This document shows, one piece after another, positions 1 to 14,391 of a stretch of DNA of 64,000 bases. How positions within the stretch are numbered: the stretch's first letter is position 1; each line of letters starts with the position of its first letter. Origin of the DNA: Octopus bimaculoides (Eukaryota); assembly GCF_001194135.2 (NCBI RefSeq), contig NC_068991.1, positions 79,441,598 through 79,505,597 on the forward strand, in the 5' to 3' direction. The notes beneath the pieces are model-generated. The model saw only the letters and a list, made by a program, of their open reading frames with translations. It was not told the origin of the DNA and did not search any database. A program made the position numbers and the translations under genes.

Positions 1-49
<49 letters not shown>

Positions 50-325
50 TCCACCTCAAAATCATTAAAATATCTTTTTTTTTGCCATCACTTATATCAG
101 ACTATTACCTGTTCCCGACATCGCATTATTTATTAACCTGATGAGTTAATGCAATGCTTTTCAAAGTTGATTTGATGTGGGACCTTTAAACAGTCGTTCA
201 TAAATGTGCAGAACCCACATCTACGTTTTGCAGACACCTTACCATACCTTTAATTTTATTAAACCATTAAATAAAATGAAAGTAATTATGGTGAAAGAAA
301 TTATTGAACTTATTTTGAGTTAGTA

Positions 326-470
326 GTGGAGGGATATGGCCTAGTCGTTAGGGCAGCGAACTCAGGGACGAGGGATCGCGGTTTCCAATCTCAGTTTCCG
401 GGCGATGTGTGTGTTTATGAGCGAAATACCTAAGCACTAGGCAGCTCCGACTGAAGGTAACGGCTAAGTT
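326..470 (+). mobile_element. tRNA-headed SINE, family B, degenerate 5' fragment
   Basis: TGGAGGGATATGGCCTAGTCGTTAGGGCAGCG...GGATCGCGGTTTCCAATC...GTGTTTATGAGCGAAATACCTAAG aligns by eye to the head of the 11868-12229 copy. Confidence 0.6.
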
Positions 471-1196
471 GATATGAAAATAAGAGAATATTAATGAAAT
501 AGAGAAAATAGAGATTTTTCTGTTCGGGTGGTTTAGCTTCAGTTCAGGTCACAATGCTCTCTTTGTCTTCCTTTATGTAAAAGCTCACATGCAGCCATAT
601 GCCTAAATTTAACATACACATACAACATATGACCATATAAGGTATTAAATTCAAACGTGAAAAGAGGAAGGAAAATGTGGAGGGAAGAGAAAATATACAG
701 ACACAAAATTCTGAAATGCATATACACAATCCAACACACACACACACACACTCACACACACATACACACGCACACACGCACGCACACGCACGCTCACACA
801 CATGCACAAACGTATGTATATATGGGGAAGGGTGTTTCTGTGCGTGCGTACATACATACGCATAAATATACATGAGTACACAGACACATACATTTAAATA
901 TATATATGTATGTACTTGTATTTGTAAACATATATATACACACATATATATACACGCACACATACACACACACTCACATAAATCATTAATTACAAAAAGA
1001 AAAAGAAGACGGATTAAGATAAAAGAGAAGAGAAGAATGATAAAAATACACAAATCACATATACATACACATATATATGGCCATAATCCACAGATACATA
1101 CGCATATACAGATATGTGAATACTCTCACGGGCAGAAAAAGTCAAACGAAATCCAACACGCAGAAATATTTGCATACGCACACAAGAACACACATG

Positions 1197-1231
<35 letters not shown>

Positions 1232-1864
1232 NNNNNNNNNNNNNNNNNNNNNNNNNNNNNNNNNNNNNNNNNNNNNNNNNNNNNNNNNNNNNNNNNNNNN
1301 NNNNNNNNNNNNNNNNNNNNNNNNNNNNNNNNNNNNNNNNNNNNNNNNNNNNNNNNNNNNNNNNNNNNNNNNNNNNNNNNNNNNNNNNNNNNNNNNNNNN
1401 NNNNNNNNNNNNNNNNNNNNNNNNNNNNNNNNNNNNNNNNNNNNNNNNNNNNNNNNNNNNNNNNNNNNNNNNNNNNNNNNNNNNNNNNNNNNNNNNNNNN
1501 NNNNNNNNNNNNNNNNNNCCATGTGCGCGACAAGTGATACCGCAGAGAATCTGCGTATACTAACAGGGCGTGAATAATTATAACAAATTAAAAAGGTAAA
1601 GGATTATCAATTTATTAATTAATAAATCAATGAGTTACAAGTGATGCTATCTGTGGGATTCTCAGCTTTTTTAGCTGTTATTTCTGAACTTCGGTATATA
1701 GCGAAGCAAATATTTGCTGATCCCTTAATTATGTGTATAAATATATATGAGCTTTTAAATAAGTTCTTCACCAATAATGGTGCTTTCATACCGATGGGCT
1801 TGGTAAAAATTATTAATTGTTATTTGATTTATTAATAAATTGATAATCCTTTACCCTTTTAATT

Positions 1865-1905
<41 letters not shown>

Positions 1906-2544
1906 ATGTGCACACGTAGACACACACTTGTAGACATTCACCTATATATTCAGATACACATATAAAGACACACACCCATATATGCTTACACACACAGACA
2001 CACACACACACATACATATATACTTACATTCTTATATGAATATACGTGATGATAGCCTCATCTTGGCAGAGGATAACAGTTTCGCGTTCATTCTCATCGC
2101 TCTGATTTGCATTCATGTTTTGCTTGTACGTAGATTTTCCTGACAAAAGCCTGTATAACAGTAGTTTCCACTGACAGGCTTTGCAAAATGAGTGATACTA
2201 TTTCGATTGCCGGTTTTATATCAGCGTGTTTCCTCTTGACGTGAGCTGCCTTTCCAACGGCATTGTCTTAAATGATGAAAGCCTCCTCTTCTCTTGGAGA
2301 AATACGTTATTATCATTCCGGGTGACAATTGACTTGTACGGAGTGGCTGCATGTTTCCATCATCTCCAGGACTGGAGCCTGAAAAGTGGATGCAGCCTAA
2401 TGCCATACCCAGGGACAAATCTATATCTGCATATATATAAATACGCACATGTATATGTGTGTGTGTACGTGTGTGTATGTGTTTGTGTGTGTGTGCATGC
2501 CCATACACACACACATACACACACAAACATACAAACACATACAG

Positions 2545-2960
2545 ATATAAGTCTTAGCAGTATTGAAGATGTCGTAATTTCTCAGATTGTGAGTGATGAG
2601 GAATGACATGTTTACAAGTTCATTTGCACTTGTTTCTGCTTGTTTTTCTTCTGACTTCTCTAGATGGCATGTTTTCGCTTTGATAAATCAATAAGTCTAG
2701 TCGAGTATTTTTGTTTTTCATGAAATATTTCAAATTCTTGTAATCATTTATCCCCCAAAATTAAGTCTATTACTTTGGTACAGACTTGCTTTGACAGTCA
2801 GATAGTATATTTCTTTTTGTATGTGAAGGATGGAACAGATGAAATTTCATGTGGTGCTGGGTTTCCAGCTGTTCATTATGACATTCAAGAATTGCTAGGT
2901 GAATGATTCTGGTAGTTGGAACTATAGATTTTACTTCTAAGAAACTCAGAGTTGCACATG
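2545..2960 (-). mobile_element. Penelope-like element relic (RT C-terminus/thumb region), frameshifted
   Basis: Minus frames give LSFLEV...ETQHHMKFHLFHPSHTKRNI, then KQVCTKVI...LQEFEIFHEKQKYSTRLI and FLITHNLRNYDIFNTAK. These match the PLE pattern LPFLD...HPxHTKRNI...QKYP...FxTTHNPRN. Confidence 0.75.
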
Positions 2961-3241
2961 TGAGGCTTCTTGTGTCGCAGTTGCCGTTCCGTTTATTTGT
3001 AAATAAATATTGTTGTCAAAGAATTATTTTCAAGTATAAATTTCAATCGTTCTAAAATAAAATTTCTCTGATAATTTTTTTCCGAATATGAGGTTTTTTT
3101 TTTACCAGATCTCGACTTGAATTCCTAGGTCATATGATATTTTGGTGAATAATATTACTACTTGATAGCACAGTAGCACAGTGTGAAATCTGAAGGTGGG
3201 CAAGGCTTTATACTGTACTCTACTACGTTCTTAACAGAATA

Positions 3242-3352
<111 letters not shown>

Positions 3353-3964
3353 GTCACTATTTGAGCTACTGATAACATGTAAACCAGTGCAACCAATGAC
3401 ATAATCTGGACGTCGGTGACCCAAAAAGTCTATTTATTAACGGCTCTGGCTTTCCGTTTTGTGCGCTTCAGGACAAAAGAAGAAAGCTTGTCAAAGGTCG
3501 AATGAAGACAACAGCTAGAGCTGAAAACCCATACTCTTTGTTTAAAGATGTCTCATATTGAAGGAAAATTCTAATTTAACACCTGGATTTCGTTTGCATC
3601 CAATAATGTAAACTTGCTTTTTCTTTGTAGCTAAACAAATACGTTGTTAAGACAGTGTTAACGGCTATGCGCCAGGCTTTTCCTCATTCAAAAAATCCCA
3701 TTAGCCATAAGGTTGGTTTGATTTTAACATCATTATTATTTGTTGCATAATATGGAAAGCCATAGGCGAAAATGCAACGTATTCAATCAAAAATTCTATA
3801 ATGGAATGAATAGATGTGTCAGCGCTGGTGTAGATCTCGAACCACAATTGCGCTACTCATATTTAAGACAACCACTGATAAGATTGCTGGAAATCGAGTA
3901 AACTTCATGTATGTTTGTATATGTATCCATGTATGTGCACTTGTGTGCTGGTCTTTAGATATTG

Positions 3965-4031
<67 letters not shown>

Positions 4032-5013
4032 TGCTAGTTTAAATACATCATTTACAGGTCGGTAAAATAAACGCTTTTGGCGAGATGAAAGAAGTTCCCT
4101 CTATATTTTATTAAACCTTATGATTAACGTGCTGCAGATTACAACCTCGTTATGGTATTAGAGATAACCCCTTGTTATGTTCAACTCCTTTCCTATATAT
4201 TTCAATTTCCATTCTGTTCTTAGCGATTTCGCCTTTCAATTGTTGTGATCTATTAAGGAATATTCCATTCTCTGATTCATTTCTTCCCCGCATAGTTGTC
4301 ATTCTATCAATGCACGATATTATCGATGGCCAACCACATAAAAGCATTTGCATATTCATAGTGTCATAAAGTAATTATTTTGTAGTATTTTATTTCTCTT
4401 TTCGTTTTGAGTGCAAGACTATTTTATTGTTCAAAATTTGACACACGCACATAGAAGCTTTGGACAATATTCCTCTTCTCAAATGATCTTGTAGCTTAAA
4501 TCTACCAATAAAACCCGTTTAAATTGTCTTCTATAATTATTTATTGATTTAGTATTAATTTATTAAAATTACAATTGTATTAGTTACAATTATGCTAGCA
4601 TATAAAACCAATAAAATAAACCAATGAAATAAAATAAACTAAAATTAAATATACCACCGTGAAAAAAATTATACATCCTTTGTAATAGATGATACGATAT
4701 TAATTAGGCAAGTGTACCTGAGACAGGTAGGGAAAGAGAGAGAGTGAAAGAGAGACAGAGAGACAGAGAGAGATCTGTACAGTCTGGTTTTATCATGAGC
4801 TCATCATTGAAACACATTCTTCTTTAAGAATGTCCAAGTTATTATAGAGTTGGTAGTGTGCAATAACAGGAATAGTTAAAGAATAGTTAACTGAAGGACA
4901 CCAACTGCAGGAAAAAGTTAAGATTAATGCTATCTTATTTAATGCAAATACATACCCTCTTTACACGAGGATATAGATAACAAGAAGTTACAAAATATTT
5001 AATCTGAAAGTAT

Positions 5014-5330
5014 CGTGGCACTCGTTCCGTTACGACGACGAGGGTTTCAGTTGATCCGTGAAATGAACGTGCAAGTGGCTGAGTACTCCACAGACACGTG
5101 TACCATTAACGTAGTTCTCGGGAAGATTCAGCGTGACACAGAGTGAGACAAGGCTGGCCCTTTGAATTACAGGTACAACAGAAAGAGGAAAGTTGCGATG
5201 AAAGTGTACAGCAGGGTTCGACACCCCGCCCACCCCCTGCCGGAGCCTCGTGGTGCTTTAGGTGTTTTCGCTCAATAAACACTCACAATGCCCGGTCTGG
5301 GAATCGAACTTGCGATCCTACGACCGCCGT
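5014..5330 (-). mobile_element. tRNA-headed SINE, family B, near full length
   Basis: Reverse complement of the 11868-12229 element: tail TGGCACTC..CCGTTACGACGACGAGGGTTTCAGTTGATCCG, body CTCAATAAACACTCACAATGCCCGGTCTGGGAATCGAAC (B-box). Confidence 0.85.
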
Positions 5331-5968
5331 CATGGGGTTAAACTTCAGGTCCTGTTAGTATTTATTTTCGGTTGATTTTAATGAAGTGATGTGAAATCAA
5401 ATGTCTTGTTGAGGTATACAATTTGATACCTTGTCCGAAAATCAAATAAAAGATCGCGAGCACGATGTTGTAATCATTGGATCATCTGTAATATCAATGA
5501 GCTAATAGAGAAAGCATACATACAGCGTGTGTTATCTCTAAAGTTTACCAGAACAAAACTGTTAAAACCTCAAATTTCCATATAAGCAATATCTTTGTAT
5601 GCACAATATTTATTCGGATATATTTTGCTGCAAGACAACGGAAGTTTTAAATCAGAATTTTCATGATGGGGAGATAAATTCCAGCTATTCAGAACAGCGG
5701 TTTTACGGCAGTAGTTTTAGTGTGAAACAGTTTCGCCAGAATTACAGATTTAAACAGCACCCGAAACGCATGCCATGAGAAGTATTTCATGTTGGAGGTG
5801 CTTGTTTCTACTACCACTTCTGAAGTTTATTTGCATCATATACGCACACATACACGTACATGCACACACATGCGAACGTGCACACAACACCCGCACATAG
5901 GCAAATATCAGAAACTTATGTATTGTGTCTTATATGTATATATCTTTTACTTGTTCGATATTACCGTC

Positions 5969-6011
<43 letters not shown>

Positions 6012-7868
6012 ATATAAATATGGTTGTGTGTTTATGTGTTTCAGTAATTATATACTCATATCCACATTTACTTGTCTGTGTATGCATGTACGTGTGTGAT
6101 ATTATTGTTGCACATTCTCCTGGAACAACATTGATTTTTAAAAAAAAAGATCGAAAGTAAGTGTTCCTTTGATTGACACAAGTGTAGCTTAACCATTAAT
6201 CCCATTTATTCCTAATGGCATTTAAAATACGCCTATATTTACTTCTTTGCACACAAATATTTTGAGTATTCTTAAATCACTGAGAATATTTGGCGCCAAA
6301 AATCTCTGTTAGATTGATATTTGAATAAATATATTGCAGGTTATTTTGAATGGAATGTCATTAGTGTAAGCCAATAAAAGACTGCACAAATAATTTAATT
6401 TGCGCAAGTCTGCATAAATGCGTTGATGGCCTGTCGTCTGCATAATGATAAGGAGACTTTTTCATAAAGAAGACAATCTATAAAGATGTGAATTGTATTT
6501 AATTCTTGCTCCAGCAAGTTTGTACATTTTAATTGTGTAGTCTGTATAGGTCACTCACCATTTAGCAAGAAATGTGCGTTGTTTCCGATTAATAAAAACT
6601 GGAATTTGGACAAAATTATTTAAATTCCTCTTGACCTAGGACATATAAATGATACAATCAAATGTCAGATTATCTGAATAGAAAGAAAATTTAGATTACA
6701 ATAAGTTTTATACATCTGTGTAAACGAACACACTGAATCAAGATAGCGGAGAATAATGCATGATATTTAAGCCTTTCTCAAAGGTATTGTCGTAAATAAA
6801 TTACTTTGCCTTCAACTAGAAATAGAAGGTTGATCGTACTCATGATACGCAAGGATATTTGACTTATATACTAAATACTGCAAGAAGATAATTAATTTAG
6901 TTGAATAGATACAAGTGAATAATATAACTCAAGGGATGATAATTACTGTCTTATCGCTAAAACTGAAACCCTTGAAACCTTAATTAAGTAGTATCTGAAC
7001 AGATGAAGAAAACGCAGGAGGTAATTCAATTGTGGATTATTTCAATGACAAGGGAAAGCTGCATACATTGTTGTATCAAAGTTTTGTGCTCGAATATCTT
7101 TCGTTAATATTACTGATTTGAATATAACAGATCATTAAAATATCGGACATTATCGCTTACTGCGCACTGATAATTATGGTTGTGATTCTACTTCATCGTG
7201 AGGAGAATGGCGAATTGTCAGAGCGGGGAGAGCGCTCGAATAGAATGTCTCGTGGTATTTGTTCTCACTATCTGCGCGCTAAGTTGAACTCTGCCAAATT
7301 CACTTTTGCCTTTTATCCATTCGAGGTTGGTAAAATGTATGAATCCGAAGAGTTGAATTGCCGGAACTGTAAGAAGTTGAAACTGGTGTTTTTTTTTGGT
7401 ATTTGTGCCGACTCGTAATATTCTAAGTTCGAATTCCATTGGGGATTTCCTGGCCTTTTAAAATGTCCACTCTGTTGCTAACATTTGTGACAGGTCTCTG
7501 CTTCAAGAATACCCTCCACCCTCCTTATCCCCAATCTTTGATGCCCTGTAAGAGGTTTTCTCGGAACATAAAAATAAAACAAGTATGTAAAAGAAGTATT
7601 TAGTGACGTGGTAGAATGCGTAAGCATAGTGACCTGCAAGTTCGTTATATCAGGTATTTGAGTTGGTGAAGCGGTGCAAAGGGAAACTGTTCGGAAACGT
7701 GTAATGTGAGGACATAAAGACATAAAATAAAACACCTCGTCTAACATTCCTCCCTGCGTCCTGTTTTGTTTTCGTGAGTATCTGACGCTCCATTCCTGTC
7801 TTGTAGACCTTGCTGCATTTCAAACGTAATGGACGCTGCTCTTTGTCTTATGATTCATCCAGACATAC

Positions 7869-7969
7869 AAAAGTCCTCTTAACACAAGAAAAGTCCTCTT
7901 AACACAAGAAAAGTCCTCTTAATACAAGAAAAGTCCTCTTAAATACAAGAAAAGTCCTCTTAAATACAA
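7869..7969. repeat. 20/21-bp tandem minisatellite, 5 copies (AAAAGTCCTCTTAACACAAG)
   Basis: Five head-to-tail copies with no spacers. The first three are 20 bp; the last two carry an extra A (the fifth is truncated). Confidence 0.92.
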
Positions 7970-9559
7970 TCTACAATATTAGTTTGAAATTAGAACTTTG
8001 ATCAGAAGAGTAAGTAGCAGCGTCAGTAAATCCTTCAATAACACATCACAATAACAACATCAGTTGATTACCCCATCTAAAGTAGAAGAGTAAATAAACT
8101 CGCTTATAAATTGTCTTCAGAATCCTACAACAAAACTGCAAAGAGACCAGGCAGAGAAAAGGGAAGTCCAGAGATCTTATGATGCTGAATATCATTACAG
8201 AATATTGTAACAGATATATAATGTACACCAGGAAGAGCTAAAACTTCTGTAGCACCGTTTATCATAAAATCAACCATATGTTAGAACATAGAGTTTGATC
8301 CTAAACCAGGGGTGGAGAGTTATATCTAAATAAATAAAGGTGTGGAATGCACAGAGCCGCTTCACCAAACAACAAGAAAATGTTCGCAATGATACCTTAT
8401 TGCAATAGCAATGAAAAAGAATACCATTGTAACGCTGAACTCATACTAGAGTTCGTATTATTTTCCAAACTGTAATATCAAATATCTGTGCATCGAATGA
8501 TTATAAGCCTTCAAGAATACCACATTGTTTGTGTATGTTGCATGAAAATGGAATGATGAACTCTGAAACTATGTTTAAAGTTAGAGAATAAAGGGAAAGA
8601 AAACAAATTAGATTTCAAATTTTATTTTGTTTTCAAACTAGTTGTTGGTTTCGTTTATAGATTGAAAGATATGATTACACAGAGGAAAGCAATTTTAAGC
8701 TGATGCATATTGCTGAAACAGTTTCTAAATTCTTGTCAATTCTAACCGAAACCAGCATTGGCATTGTTTCCTATCATATAATTAATGAATATAACTGAGA
8801 ATTTGTTTGGTAGTTGAGTACACACCCTTTCTAAGTTTAGTTTGATATTCAAGTTCAAAAACGAAATTAAATTTAGTAATTTTCAAATATGAACGGGTTG
8901 CGTCTTCCATAACTGTTGGGAAAGAAGATGTAGTTTAATTGTTTACATTTCGTTAAATTTTCAGAATTAACCGTGAGCTAAACAACATGCACTTTTTGTG
9001 CGGCTCATCTCACCAAACAATAGATTAGCTACAAATTTTCTTACCTAATTGGCGTGTTGTTCGTTACGTTTCTAAATTCCAAAGAGATAAAAGTTGCTTA
9101 CATATATCTTCCTTTCAGTGATTATTGATTTTAGCATTATAGTGAAAAGTCTAAAACTTTCAGAAAACCTGCTTTGGGGACGAGATCTTCAACGAAGAAT
9201 AAGAAGAGACTCATAAGAGAATCTCATTGATGAAACATTGTAGTAGAGATGTTCTCTTGATTGAACAGCAAGAATTAACTGTGAGGAATAACTAGGAATA
9301 ATTTAATTTTCGTTCTTATTCCCGAAAGTCACTGAAACTGTGAAATCAAAGTTACATTCTATTCCGTTTGAGTAGTCAATGACCGAAAAAGGCATCGCCC
9401 TATTGGTTTACGTAGTGGGAGAACAGACACACACGCAAGCGCACACAGGCAAACACAGACATACACACACATACGCACACAAATACATACATGCACGCAC
9501 ACAAACACTCACACATATAGGTATATAGGTATTATTGTATGTAAATGGATGTGTGCTGG

Positions 9560-9700
9560 TGAAGCCAGTAAAGAAGCCAGCTTCGCAACCACGTCCTTGG
9601 GCTTCAGTCCAACAACTGCGTGCCATCTTGAACCTATACCTTCTGCTAGAGCTGCCGGCCAACAAGTCAGTTGATTCGGTGGGTGAATTGTTAGTCACCA
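9560..9700 (+). mobile_element. Highly diverged SINE family A head
   Basis: AAGAAGCCAGCTTCGCAACCACGT...TTCAGTCCAAC.ACTGCGTGCCATCTTG...TTCTGCTAGAGCTGCCGGCC resembles the reverse complement of 43690-43810. Confidence 0.45.
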
Positions 9701-9776
9701 GTGTAAACACTTGTACGTCATCGTGATATGCTATATATAACTGTAAAATAGTGAATGTACAAGCCTCCATATTCTC

Positions 9777-9778
<2 letters not shown>

Positions 9779-9842
<64 letters not shown>

Positions 9843-10560
9843 CATATATTCTTTTATGTTTTTTCTTACTTTCTTTACTGGTCTCAGCCAGACGCTGCGT
9901 TCATGCCTATCAGTGTTTTGAGGTCTCCGTTCGATACTGGTTTTGTGCCTCCTGCTTTGTGCACGTTTCCACACATACACTTTGCAGATCTGTTAGGTTG
10001 CTTGTTAAAATGCTGTGGTCCTCTGAAATCCAAGCTGTTGCAATACTAGGTCTTTATCTGAGATGATGAAAACGGTATCCTTGGCATTATGCAGTGTTGT
10101 CCACTACATTTTTTGATATAAATTTTAATTCTAAAGTTAGGAGCTAGACCTCCCAGGATCTTCCATATGTATACCACTGCATACCTTTCTCGCCTTCTCT
10201 CCAGGAAGCAGAACGTCAGTTTTCAAAGCCTGTCCCAGTAGCTAATTAGTTTCACCGAGTCAATCTTCTCTGCGTAGTGGCATCTGATTGCCTCAAGTTC
10301 TGTCACCAATTTGGGAGTAGTAATCCAGACGATTGAGGATAAATATCCTCCATAGAGGTAGCAAGGTATCTAGTGTTGCCTTCCTGGAAATATGCACGTG
10401 GAATATTGCATCACTTCTCATGTGGATCCCTAGGTCAAGCACCGATTCTAACTCTAGGATTGCGTTGCCCTCTGGTCCGATAGCAGACTGCTTGACACTT
10501 ATCAGCATTGAACTGCACGCTATTTTCATCAGCCCGTTCGTATATAACATGCAGGTCATT
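9779..10560 (-). mobile_element. CR1/L2-group LINE 3' fragment with (TAA)n tail
   Basis: Minus frames give SVLDLGIHMRSDAIFHVHIS...LLPLWRIFILNRLDYYSQ, then SYWDRL*KLTFCFLERRRERYAVVYIWKILGGL and GQHCIMPRIP...YCNSLDFRGPQHFN. These are typical ORF2 C-terminal motifs. The fragment ends in the (TAA)n array at 9779-9845. Confidence 0.85.
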
Positions 10561-10585
10561 TTTCAATTTTGCAGTTTTACTATGT

Positions 10586-10622
<37 letters not shown>

Positions 10623-11867
10623 NNNNNNNNNNNNNNNNNNNNNNNNNNNNNNNNNNNNNNNNNNNNNNNNNNNNNNNNNNNNNNNNNNNNNNNNNNNNNN
10701 NNNNNNNNNNNNNNNNNNNNNNNNNNNNNNNNNNNNNNNNNNNNNNNNNNNNNNNNNNNNNNNNNNNNNNNNNNNNNNNNNNNNNNNNNNNNNNNGCGGA
10801 CAAGAGAAACAATTAGAAGGACGGGCAAAAAAGAAAGACGGGTCATTTGTGGTTTTCTTTTCTCAGGGAAGTTCCAGATGTCACGACCATTTCGGGCGAA
10901 TGTGTCTAGCAACAAAGACAAAATAAAAAGAAAACAAAAACGGAGAACATGGTACACCATTACGAATACAAACAACAAGTAATAACAACAGCCGTCTTTC
11001 GACGGGGATCGAATCAAACTGAGCTGGCGTTTATGAAGTGAAAGCCTAAAGGCAGGAACATAGGAGATGGACATAGAAGGTGTTGGCGGTCGGCAGTCAA
11101 GCCAAGAAAGAATGATCATCGCTGACCGGTCACGTTGAAGGAGGAGAGTTAGGTAGTGGCAGTGGGATTGAAGGATTAGAAAAAATCAGACAGAGAAAGG
11201 TACAGGGGAGATGAACGAGTGGGAAATAGTGGGAGTTAAAGAAAGAGAGGGCAAAAAAATATGAGAGAGGGGGAACGAGAAGCAGGAAGGAAAATGAGAG
11301 GGGGAATAAAAGATAGAGTAAGAGTCGTAGAAAATTTAGATACATACCTATGCAGTAGAGGACATAAAACATTCAGACAAATGGATGATACAAAGGCGGA
11401 CAAGAGAAACATTTTAAGATGTATCTCGAAGCACAATAAGTTTCAACCGCACGTAACCTACATATTGCACTACATTCACAGAAACGTGTTTTAAATATTT
11501 TCAAAGTGCTTCTCAGGTTTCCTCTCTATTTGTGCAAAATAATAGCATCTATTTCAATACATTTTCAATAAGCTGACCAGACTATATCCTCAGTCATCGT
11601 TAGATAAAACATTTTCTCAAGCATTCGCAAGTGATACTCAGATGTCTTTATAAGGTTTTCTTGCGCTTTTTTCTTTCTAATTATTACAAAGTGACGTTCA
11701 TATATTTTTAAGAGAATTATTTCTCTCGAAAAAGTTCATTACTAATGTTGTGGGTAATGATTTGCATCGACAAATGAAAATATACTTTTTTCTATACGAT
11801 GACTGAACACTATTTTTCATCTATGTTGGAATCAATTCTTTTTCTCAGTATATAGATACTAAAAAGT

Positions 11868-12229
11868 GGAGGCGCAATGGCCCAGTGGTTAGAGCAGTGG
11901 ACTAGCGGTCATAGGATCGCGGTTTCAATTCCCAGACCGGGCGTTGTGAGTGTTTATTGAGCGAAAGCACCTAGAGCTCCACGAGGTGGCGAACACTGCT
12001 GTACTCTTCCACCACTACTTTCTCTCACTCTTACTTCCTGTTTCTGTTTTGCCTGTAATTCAAAGGATCATCCTTGTCACACTGTATCACTCTATATCTC
12101 CCCGAGAACTACGTTAAGGGTACACGTGGAGTGCTAAGCCACTTGCACGTTAATTTCACGAGCAGGCTGTTCCGTTGATCGGATCAACTGGAACCCTCGA
12201 CGTCGTAAGCGACGGAGTGCCAACAACAA
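11868..12229 (+). mobile_element. tRNA-headed SINE, family B, full length
   Basis: A-box TGGCCCAGTGGTTAG and B-box-like GGTTTCAATTCC, with a CAACAACAA tail. AGATACTA occurs on both sides (11834-11841, 12229-12236) as a possible imperfect TSD. It matches the copies at 326 and 5014. Confidence 0.9.
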
Positions 12230-14391
12230 GATACTAGACTTATACATATTGGGTAATTGTGAGAAAAAAACAGTTTATTTATTTAATCATCGGCCAGCGA
12301 TGCTTTTACTGTATTATGTTTCCTTTGAAAACATATAAACAGTATTCCATCAAGGAAAATATATAATATATATATCAGAAACAACTGCGACATTAATGTG
12401 TAACTCTATCTTCGTTTCGTGAAAATAAAGAATTTTAAACTATTTTCTATTTTAACATGTCACTGCACCACGGTTCTCGAAGATTCTTTCGATAAATGAA
12501 AACTAATTAGTTTGAGATATATGAATATCTATTTTTTAAAAAAGTTATACTTGTTCTCTAGTACACTGTTTTGAGGTCCCCAGTTTTCTTATAGTACATC
12601 ACACAGATGCATATGCATACACAGAAAATCTATACACACAACCACACAACCACACACACACACACAAACACACACACACGCACACACACGCACATATATA
12701 TAAAGTTTGCCATTGAAGCGTTGAGATGTATTGAAAGATACAGATAAGGAAGTTTGAGAATAAAATTATTTCCTTATCTGTATCTTTATATATATCTCAN
12801 NNNNNNNNNNNNNNNNNNNNNNNNNTATATATATATATATATATATATATATGGTTATGTTTTGTCTGGATAGTGTTTTAGAGTATTCGCTGCTCTTGAA
12901 TCTTAGAGTGACATCAGAGAAATGGGCCTTGGTTAGCTGTCTGCAAAAGTTATTTCTTGGCCGAACTATCTGAAGATATCAAATAGTGTCTTCAATTTAT
13001 CGATAGTGAGACACATCATTATTAATTCAATTAATACTTGCTTAATTATTAATTCACTTCGCTATATTAACCGAAGCACACATGTTACGTAACCGTAAAT
13101 CAAACAGCGCGAAGATGTATAATTGTATGAATTGCAAGTATAGACCATTTTAATAGGTTTTATTTTGTTAGTCCCCAGGTATTTTTATTCTGTAGAGGGA
13201 TCTCGGTGATTTCTCACCACCATATTCGTACAGATAAAATGTTTAGTACAAGATTTTTATTCACAGGAACAGGAAATTTCACACTGCTTTGTAATATATT
13301 GGTTCACATCCAAAATAATTATTGTTACGTTAATATCAAATGGTAGAACTTGCTTTTGAATCTGCTTAAAAGAACTACTGCAGTAGAAATGTATTGAGTC
13401 GTCATGTTTACTCAAAAGAATAGATTTTAATATTGTTGCAGAACCTAAATATTTTGAATTCACGATTGCTTACACAATCTTTCATTGCATTTATTTTTGT
13501 CATTGTTGTTTAAACCGGGATTATTCTTGATTAAGAAGAACTATGATCAACGTTATTACACCCCTGACAACCCTGCGTTTCTTTCACTTATAATATTTCT
13601 AGGTTTACATTAACTAATTTGCTATTCTTTTTCAAGTCAAGAGAACGTAAGTTTTCATTTAATCGCCTGCTTTTTCTATTAGGTCGTGCGAATCTGTTAA
13701 TAAATATCTTATTAATATTGCATGGTACTGATAATGAAATCGATAATGAATTCTAATCAATTCCGTATTTAGACAATTGTGTATTTCAGAAGTACTCATC
13801 ATGCGTATACCTTTATTCAGTAAAAGGTGCATAATAATTCATTGCCATCTTTAAATTTCATACTATCTATATAATTTATCTCATTCTTTGACAAAGAACT
13901 ATTTACACATAAATTGAATATTCCACAGTTTTGGATATCAAAAACGGCGTCTATGAAGCGGAAATTAAAGTTGAAATGTATTGAGATTTTAGATCTAAAA
14001 CGGATAAATAAACTTTTTATTCCTGTTTTTTTTTTCTCTTAGTTGCAACATATTTCATTTTATGTAAGATTCACTTAACAATTCGCATCCTTCAACGTTT
14101 TGTACATCTAATAATCTGTCTCTGACTACATAAATTAATATATGCTAATTTATAATGATAAATTTAGATCGATTTGGAGGAAATTGCACTGTTATTTCTA
14201 GAAGACAGCAACTGAATAACATGGTCGGTCCGGTCGCTTAAGTATTTCATTTGTGCCGGAAAAGAAACAGCTATCGGGAATTGGTCGCTCCAGAAATAAA
14301 CTCTACCTCTCCAGGTTTAGTGACCTGTTTAGAGCTCTGCAATTCTTTACTACTCTTGGCACAAAGCACGAATTTTTTAATATTTTAAAAA

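Noticed and set aside
136-175. CTGATGA core near the window start (also 29244, 35723, 57968)
   Set aside because: There is no correctly placed GAAA, stem II or cleavage triplet, so these are not hammerheads.
2041-2420. IRDDSLILAE (YADD-like) frame and the 126-aa plus ORF at 2226
   Set aside because: The similarity is too short, and the ORF length comes partly from a (GT)n array.
7869-7969. CRISPR-like short repeat array
   Set aside because: The repeats are head-to-tail with no spacers, there are no cas genes, and the context is eukaryotic.
11868-11940. tRNA genes at SINE heads (also 43740-43810, 16680-16748, 63270-63348)
   Set aside because: A and B boxes are present, but there is no closed acceptor stem and each continues into a shared SINE body.
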